Assembly (NCBI RefSeq): GCF_026210795.1
Contig: NC_089432.1
Location: 4,464,001-4,528,000, forward strand
Direction of reading: 5' to 3'
Length of the DNA: 64,000 bases
From: Rhizophagus irregularis
Lineage: Eukaryota
Part shown: piece after piece, positions 54,801 through 64,000 of the stretch
How the letters are laid out: the number at the start of each line of letters is the position of its first letter
Position numbering within the stretch: position 1 is the first letter of the stretch
Position numbers and translations under genes: made by a program
Notes under the pieces: generated by a model
Told to the model about the DNA's origin: nothing
What the model saw: only the letters and a program-made list of their open reading frames with translations
The model's database searches: none

Positions 54801-57800
54801 TGGAAAGAGACTAATATTTTTAATCAACATATATAGTGATATATATGATAAATTATGATCATAAAGTATATTATATAAATAAGTAGAGATATGAATAAAA
54901 AATCTATAGTTTATTTTAGTAAAACAATGAATAGCGACTATATGTTGAATAAATTTTTTTTACATTTAAACGCTTTTATTGTAGTATAACTTGTACTTTT
55001 ATAAAAACAGTAATATCATATGACTTATACTGTTATCTAATACAAAAAATGATCAACATACGCGTAATGGATATGGCGCGTAAACAATCTACTAATCACA
55101 ATGACTCACAGTAAAATATCTATAAAAACCTCATATTTATTTTTCAGAAGTTTTTTTCTCCTTATAATATTTATTATCTTTTTAGTTTTCAAAAGTTTTC
55201 TCCTTTTAATATTTATTATTATCTTTAAATATTATACAACCACCCTCCATCAACGCTTGTTACTACATAACTCTCATAACTCTCATAATTAAATATTTTC
55301 GCGTCGCTTTGTCACCTATCACGCGTTTTTTATTTACAGCTACTGTCCAATAGTTATTATAACTTTCTTGAACTTATCAGTTATTATATTTATGTAAGAT
55401 TTCATTCTTATCCTTTCTACAAAAGCCTTGGAAGATTTCTACTTAAATGTCAATAAAGATAATTTTATTGGGCTTTTTTTGTTATTTTGGTAAGTGGAAA
55501 TGACTAAGCTGGGATGTATAAGGGATTTGTGCACCTAGAGTGCTCTGGTTATCCTCCTCTTCTAGAAGTCTGGTTACCTTAAATGAGAAAAATAATACTC
55601 AAGCTATGTCGCAGACTTCTGTATGTGGGGCCCTTCCCTTTGGTGGTGGGTCTCATGTCTTATTATCAATGTGATAGTACCTCTGCACGAGTTTGATCAC
55701 TCACGATATATCGTTAATGTCAGTTGATAGTGGGCGTGGGGGCTTGAATCTGTCTTTTCTACAAAGCTTACTTAGAGTACTCGAGTCTTCTAATATATTT
55801 TTATTATTTATTTTTAGGTAATAAATAACTTATTCTAACAAGAAAGTTTGGAAATCTTCTTAAAATCTGGACGCCCAGATGATTAATTTCGTTTTTGTAT
55901 TTTATTTTCAAATAATGTGAGATTTTTATTTTCACAATTTATGCATGATATTTTAGAAAATTAATTTCTCGTGAGTTATTAATTTCTCTAGTTTGATAGA
56001 AAGATTGCAAGCTTCTCTTTTGAATGAAAACGTGAAATCAGGTTGCTGCCTGCGGTAATTATAGTAGCCAAAAAATTTATAATCATTTGCTGGTGTATTT
56101 AAAAATTAATCAGATATTTTTGTCATAATTGTAAAAAAAAAGAATATTACGTGTAAGAAAAAAAAGACAATAGATTATACTTATAATAAAACTGTTGTAC
56201 TATCAAAATTATGATTTTTGCATTAATAAAATGTAGTTACCTTTGTTAAGAAATAATAATGGCAATATTGCGTCAAAGTGGATGTTCAAACTGTATTATA
56301 TCGATCAAAATCATTCGTATTCTTCTCATCAATCATAATTATTAATATTTTTTTTTTTTTAAAAAAAAACTGTAACGCATCTTTATTAAGAAATCACGTG
56401 ATAACCTATAACAGAGTACATCGAGCTAAAAGACACATTACAAAAATTATAAATTATTTGGCTGTCCGGCTTCACATAAAATAAAATAAAATAAAATACA
56501 AAAATTATAAAATAAATACTAAACCTGTCCTAAGTTGACCTAACTAATGCTAAAACTAATTGAATAAAGAGCTACATAAGATCTACTAATGTAAAGAATA
56601 CTTGTTAAAAACTTCGTCGTTCTCCAGACTTGGTTTGTATAATTATTAATATAAAAATTATATTGAGACATTTGATTTTATATTACATGTTCATCATCGG
56701 GATTAGTTAAGTCATATTTCGGTCAACTGTACAACCGAAAAATTGATTTAAATATGTTTAATTCTATTATTATTACAATATTTATAATATTTACAATCTA
56801 AACTAGCTAAATTCTTTATTTAAAAACTATTTAATAATACAGGTTGTTATTGTTACATATTTATGTAATATTTGCATATAATTCAAATAAAAATATTAAT
56901 ATTATTAAAAAAAAGATTGAAAAAAAACCGAAAAAAAAAATTAATAATATTATAAAAAATTATTAGGTTTGAAAAAAAAAAAATTAAAAAAATTAATATT
57001 AAGGAAAAAGGTTTCAACCTTATGCTGCGGTCGATTGCATCATTTCAAAAGGATGAAAAAATAATGTGATTAATAAGAAAAAATCAAACTTTATTCGATA
57101 AAATAACGCTAAATTTTCTGTTTAATAGAATTTGCTTATAGTTGAAATATTAGTGACAAATTCTTTAAATTTCACATGAAAAATTGCAGAATTTTTGTCT
57201 TATTCAAAGAATGAAATTAGTGAATTCACTCATCACTCTAAAGAAGGAATTTTAAAAGTGACAAATTCTATTTGATCTTTAGTGGATATTTTTGACAATT
57301 CACTATTGTAAGTAAAAATTTCATTATATTGATTAGCTGATAATATTTAAATACCAACAATAACGATAATTATTATTTTAATACAATAAAAAGAAATTGG
57401 ATATTTTTGACTCCAGTATTACTATTGATGCAATTTGGAATAGTAATATTTGTATTAGACTATTAGGTAATGATTAAAGTAAAATTTAATACAATAAATT
57501 TTAAATTAACACGAACTGATCATTGTATGCTTAATTTTCTATAATAATAAAATATTATATAAATATTAGATATGGATTTGAAATCTTTAGTATTAACATA
57601 TCATAGAAATAAAATGCGTAAAGAGTACAACGTTTTAATACCGTATATATAGCATTATTAATGTTAATTTATTTTTAATTTAATAATCCATAGGAATTGT
57701 ATTGTCTCAATACTTCTACAGTACATTCAGAAAAATTTTGCTTCAATGAGAAAATATATAGTGATTTAAAATTTATTTTTCATATATATGAGAAATAAAA

Positions 57801-58678
57801 GAATGCATAATGAATAAAATAAAAAATTGTCACAAGATAGTATCGATTAAAAGGTGTCAATTAATAACTTGTAACTTAAAAGTGTACATGTACAATGTGT
57901 ATATACAGAGGGATAAATTAATTAAATTATGGTTTAGATGTACCATTTTTTTCCAAGGTTCTGAAAAATATAAAAATAATTTTTCAAAAGGCTGATATAA
58001 TACTAATAATTCCATGTTTCCAGGGGAATCTCCTTATAAAAAGTTAGCTCATAAAAATACTGCATGTTAAAAATCGTTAATTTCTTACCGTTTACATTTA
58101 CTACACACTGTATTTTTAATTTAATTATTTGATTATAACGTAATTGATTATAATATGGACGCTCAAGAATGAAATTACTCATTAAAAAAATTAAACTGTC
58201 ATATACAATACTTTAAAATTTCATTAAATTAGATATTCTATTAACGATATTGCATAAAGGTAAAAAAATTAACTAATTAAAATTACATTAATTATTTATT
58301 CAGAATTAGCGATAATCTTATATTGCGATGGTAAACTTATTCAACTCTCGTATAAATTATTAGCTTTGTCTGAATTAAAACCTGTCTAATGGAACGGTAA
58401 TCAAATATATTGATCTAAGCATTGGTTTGATAGACCGTTCATGTAATTTATCTTGTTACTATTCAATAATTTAGTTATTATTCACCTTTTTAAATAACAT
58501 GGATCTAATTAACCATATTTAAAATCAGTGTAATGAAGTAAAAAAAGTGAGTCATGATATCACAATTACTAAAATTTTAAAATTTTGGATTTATTTTTAA
58601 CTAACGTTAAGCATGATATAATAACTATTAAGATATATATCAATTATATGCTTAAAAAGCTATATATATATCGTTTTT

Positions 58679-60634
58679 TTAATTTTTGAAAAATTTTGCT
58701 AATTTATCTTGAGAATATTTGTCTCCTTGTTCAGCAGATTTTTTATACCAATGAATTGCTTGATCTATATCTTTCACAACTCCATCTCCAATTTCATACA
58801 CTACACCAAGATTATATTGAGCTATACTACTACCTAAATTTGCAGCATTTTTATAATATTCATATGCCATTTGTTTATCGATACTAGTTCCAATTCCAAA
58901 ATAATAACAAACTCCTACATTAAGTATTCCAATTGTATCTCCTAAATTTGCAATCTTTTGATGTAGTTCAAATGCTTTTTTCTTATCAACATCAATCCCA
59001 ATTCCACCTTCATAACAATAACCTAACCAAGTTATTCCGTATACATCACCCAAATTTGCTGCTTTTTGATATAATTCAAATGCTTTTTTTTCATTAACAT
59101 TGACTTCGATTCCAAACAGAGTAAATATTCCAAGTAAAACAATAGAGTTCGAATTATTCTGATTATTTAATAACCAATTATAAATTTTTTGTGATGTCAC
59201 ATCATGATTATAAAAACAATTAAAAATTTCCTGCTTTACACTATCTTTCAAATCTAAAGTGGTGGCTAGAATGATAATCTTATCAACTAGTATACTAAAA
59301 TCATTATCAATCAATGACATCGGAGGTCCTATTTCTTTTATATTTATCTTATTAAAATTTTGAATTATTTGAGATAATTCTCCATGTGACGAATTATTAA
59401 GTGGTTGACAAAAATTTGACAATTGATTTGAAACAATTGATTGTAGTCTAACAATAACCTCATTTATAATTGGACGATTATCTGGTTCATTATTCCAACA
59501 ATCTAAAAAGTATTGTAAATATGCAATTTAGTTAACCAAAATAATATTGTTTGTTATAAATTTAAATTATATTTACCAATATAAATTTTTACATAATCCA
59601 CAGGGGTATTAGCAACAGGTTTTTCTCTAAGGCCTTGCAAAATTCTCAAATCCAAACTAATATTGGATGTATCAGTTGGTTCATTACAAAAAGGTGGCTG
59701 ACCACTTGATATTTCCCATAAGAGTACACCAATACTATAAATATTGCTCAGTTTATTTAATGTGTACGAATGTATTAGGTTATTATTGTTTCTTTTTTGT
59801 TCAAGTATTTTTGGATCAAAATAAGCAACCATATCAAATAATTCCAATTGATTAAATGATTTCTCAATTCGTTTTAATAACCCAAAATCTGCTAATTTTA
59901 TGATACCTTGATGAACTAATACATTTTTGGAATGCTACAATACATGTGATAAATAATTAAAAAATTAAATTAATATCTCATAATAATTATAATATTCATA
60001 ACAATTACCAAATCGTGATGTAGAATTCCTTCATCATGTAAATACGATACAGCTCGAGCCAATTGAAGTGCTAAATTTAATTTATCATTCCAAGTAAGAT
60101 TAATAAAATGTTCTTTCATATAATTTCGAAGGGTACCATTATTAGCATATTCCATTACTAATAAGTACTTTTTCGAATTATCTAAAAGTAATAAAAATAA
60201 TTATTTTAAGCTTCTAATATTTTTTTTCCTTTTTCTTTTGAAAAGATATTAAATATTCATCATACCTGTTGTTACACCATAAAAACGAGTAATATTCTCA
60301 TGAGATTTCACTTGGCACTGAAATTTAAACTAAACCATACAGTAAATTAAGTAAATTAGTATTTTAAATTAAAAACATGAATCAATATTTCATATAAAAT
60401 ATTTACTTCATTAATAATTTCATTGACTGTGACACTGTTGAAATTAAAAAAAGATTTCAATGTTAAATGATTGTGAGAATCCTTCCAGTTTGCACGATAG
60501 ACTTTGCAGGAACTATCAGAACTAACTTGTTGAATATTACTAAAATGGTTATATTCATAATATTTAATAAAATTTTTTGCGAAAGCTTTATCAATCCATT
60601 CAGAACTATTTATAACATCGATGTTATTAGACAT
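58679..60634 (-). CDS. Kinase-Sel1 paralog 4, open frame with degenerate kinase motifs
   Basis: Five exons in frame from ATG 60634. Gly-loop reads VSSDSSC; HHDL|HSKN; DFG kept; SNIYS replaces SDVYS; ~4 Sel1 repeats. Confidence 0.88.
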
Positions 60635-61515
60635 TTTTGAATGTAAAAAAATTTTCATTTGTAGAAGTGTGGCGTTACCACATTACTAAACCTAGAGTTA
60701 TTGTTGATCATTTAAAGTTACCTGTATAATTGTGAGCTTGTGACACGTTGTACAAGTTGTACAATGATTTTTTACGTCACATCAAATTAGCATAACATTA
60801 CAACCAACGACTATAACTTATGAAACTATTGGTCTATGTGAATTTAGTGTTTTAATGGAATTTTATCCAACAGATTTGGCAATTTTTCACCTTTAAGGAA
60901 ATATATTTTGAGTAACAAAATAATTACACCTACACTAGTTTATATAACTAGATGGGCAATTTGAGTAGAGTTTAAAGAATAATGTTTTGGTTCTAAACTA
61001 ATTTCTTCTTACTTTTTTCATAGACAGTATATTGCTAATATGGTTATATAAATTTAATAAAAATAAAAGCAATAATTTTTTATTAAACTCAAATAACGAA
61101 CCTTGTTTTAAATTATGATTTGAAAGAAAAAAGCTTAAAAAATTCAAACTCAAATAATATCTTTTTTTTTTCAAGTATGTAGCAATTGTAGCATATACAG
61201 ATATTATATTGAGATGGTTAATCAGAAAATAGATGACCCGTTAAGCGGCATATTCGTTAGATAGCGTGACCATCATGACCATCATGATAATCGAAGGAAA
61301 AACAATATAAATAAGTATAAATATAATTTAAATCGAGGATTGGGTGATAAGGAATATTTTGAATTACAAGATTAAGCGATACTCAATAAGTTTAGTACAT
61401 CATTTTAAAAGTATTAAAATCTTTAAAGAACTTTTGTGGGTGATATAACTATAAAAATACACTACTATAATATTTATTAGTAAAAGCAGAAATGTACTAG
61501 AGAAGGTAGTAGTTT

Positions 61516-62110
61516 ATAATGGGATCACCCAAGAATCCTGACGTTCATAATATCGACAGTCTATAATCTCGATACCAAAATCCCGATAAGTGCAAATCCC
61601 GATTGAATCAAAATCCTGACAGTCACAGAATTCCGATGATCTAAAATCTTGACAGCCAAAATCCTGTTGAGATTCGATCAGATGAATTTGAGATTACTTA
61701 ATTTTTTTAATGCAATTATTTCTAATTTTAGAAGATAAGGAATAGTTTAGTAATCTAGTAATATACTGTACAGTACATAATCCTTTTAACTAAGTTTTTT
61801 CTTTAAATTTCATTAATAATATAGTAACGTTAGTTAATTTGCATTAATATTAAATAAAATTTGCAAATAATTTACATTGGTATTAATAAAATTTACAGAT
61901 TATATTTTAATTATATTGATAAATTAACCCGTTACTGCGTCACTGCATTTTTAAAATTATGGAAAATTTATATAATTTTTTTTTTTTAAAAAAAAAAACT
62001 GTCAGAATTTGTGACTCGGGATTTTATTTCAACGGGATTTGGGTTTGTCAGGATTTTGGTGTCGGGATTGTAGACTGTCGATTTTATGGATGTCAGGAAA
62101 ACCCGATTAT
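61516..62110. mobile_element. ~600-bp MITE with ~100-bp imperfect TIRs (AAATCC(C/T)GAC repeats)
   Basis: TCCTGACGTTCATAATATCGACAGTCTATAATCTCGATACCAAAATCC is inverted at ~62050-62097 (GGATTTTGGTGTCGGGATTGTAGACTGTCGATTTTATGGATGTCAGGA). No clear TSD. Confidence 0.75.
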
Positions 62111-62508
62111 CATAACATTAGTGTTCGCATTTACAAATATTCAAAAACTAAAATAGTCAAATAAAAAATTTCGCTAGTAAACAAATATGCAATGGGAATT
62201 GTTTGAATAAACTTTATCTGGAATGAGTTATACCACATACAGTCTATACAGTCTGACATTTTACTCTGATAAATAATTTTATATTTTTCTATCATTAGAT
62301 TACATGGAAATAAACTAATTTATGCGAAAATATATTTATTTGAAAATCAATTTTCTATGTACATACAGTGTATAATTAAAAAAATGGTTTATATTCTATT
62401 ATTTATTAATTAATCCGGATGAAATTTCTATTTTACTTGTATGTCAATAAAGTCAATAAAATATATCCTAATAAAAAATCAATAAAATATTAATTATACA
62501 TATAAACA

Positions 62509-64000
62509 TTATAAAATTTCTGCTAATTTATTTTGAGCATCTTGATCTCCTTGTTCTGCACATTTTTCATACCAGTAAATTGCTTGATTAATATCTTTCA
62601 CATCTTCTTCATTTTCATACATAAAAGCAAGATTATATTGAGCTATTCTATATCCTAAATTTGCTGACTCTTTATATAATTCAAATGCTTTTTGTTTATT
62701 AATAATAGTTCCAATTCCAATATCATAACAATAACCTAGATTATTTATTCCACTTGCACTACCGAAATCTGCAGCCTTCTGATATAATTCAAATGCCTTG
62801 TGTTTATCAAAACTAGTTCCAATTCCATCTTCATAACAATTTGCTAAACCATTTATTCCGTATGGATTATCTAAATTTGCAGCCTTTTGATATGATTCAA
62901 ATGCTTTTTGTTTATTATTGATTTCAATCCCTAAACGACTAAAATCTCCAAGTAAAACAAGAGAATTTGAATTAGTTTGATTATTTAACAACCAATAATA
63001 AATTTCTTGTGAATTAATATTACAATAATTAAGATAATTGAGGACTTCCTGCTTTTCTCTTTCTCTTTCTATATTATCAATAAGAACAACTATTTCGTCA
63101 ACCACTATACTAAAATCATCTTCGTTCAATAACATTGGAGGTTCTATTTCTTTATTATTTATTCTAATAAAATTTTGAATAATTTGAGATAATTTGATAC
63201 CATGTGACAAATTATTGAGTGCTTGTTCACTTGATAATTGATTTGAAATAATTGATTTTAATTTAACAATAACTTCATTGATAATTGGACGATTATTCGG
63301 TTCGTCATTCCAACAATCTAAAAAAATAAATACATATACGGTTCATAATAAATCAATATAGTAAAATTATGTATGTGAGATTAAATTATATTTACCAGTA
63401 TAAATTTTTATATAATCTTCAGGGGTATTAACGACAGGTTTTTCTCTAAGTCCCTGTAAAATTCTCAAATCCAAACCAATATTTGATATATCGGTTGGTT
63501 CATTACAAAAAGGTGGTTGACCACTAGATATTTCCCATAACAGTACGCCAATGCTATAAATATTGCTCTTTTTATTTAATGAGTATGATTGTGTTTGGTG
63601 ATTATTGATTCTTTTTTGTTCAATTAATTTTGGATCAACATAAGCAATCATATCAAATAATTTTGATTGAATATTAGATAATTCTTCGCTTCTTTTTGAT
63701 AATCTAAAGTCTGTTAATTTGGCAATACCTTGATGAACTAAAACATTGTTCGAGTGCTATAATTATATATGTGATAAATAAAACAATTAAGTTAATAATG
63801 TGTGACAGATAGTGGCTCATTATATGAGATAAGTTAATTACCAGATTATGATGTACAATTCCTTTATCATGTAAATATGATACAGCACTAGCTAGTTGAA
63901 GTGCAATATTTAATTTATTGCTCCAATCTAGACTATCAAAATGTTCTTTTAAATAGTTTCGTAGGGTACCACTGTCAGCGTATTCCATTACTAACAAATA
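62509..64000 (-). CDS. Kinase-Sel1 paralog 5 (5' end outside window), probable pseudokinase
   Basis: Last three exons in frame; HHNL|HSNN replaces HRDL, TDFR replaces DFG, SNIYS; ~4 Sel1 repeats. Confidence 0.88.

Overview
This is AT-rich eukaryotic DNA with short GT-AG introns. The gene families (TKL-like kinase-Sel1 expansion, lone HMG-box gene, many MITEs) point to an arbuscular mycorrhizal fungus (Glomeromycotina, Rhizophagus-like); this is inference. Hand-spliced models give: five kinase-Sel1 paralogs (one intact, one with a single homopolymer frameshift, one pseudogene, two open-frame copies with degenerate catalytic motifs); a Cys-motif kinase with a micro-exon tail; an HMG-box gene; a small secreted Cys-containing protein; a secreted intron-containing phage-type GH24 lysozyme whose last 13 codons are split off by a MITE; and a 4-exon gene encoding an apparently circularly permuted vWA domain (MIDAS DxSxS strand at the C-terminal end) fused to two DC1/C1-like Cys/His domains. 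Intergenic DNA holds TIR MITEs, non-LTR remnants, tandem repeats and four arrays of repeated exon-intron-like units with no ORF. The best leads are the permuted vWA-DC1 gene, the domesticated lysozyme, the kinase-to-pseudokinase Sel1 series and the noncoding micro-exon arrays. All gene models and counts were made by eye; no searches were run.
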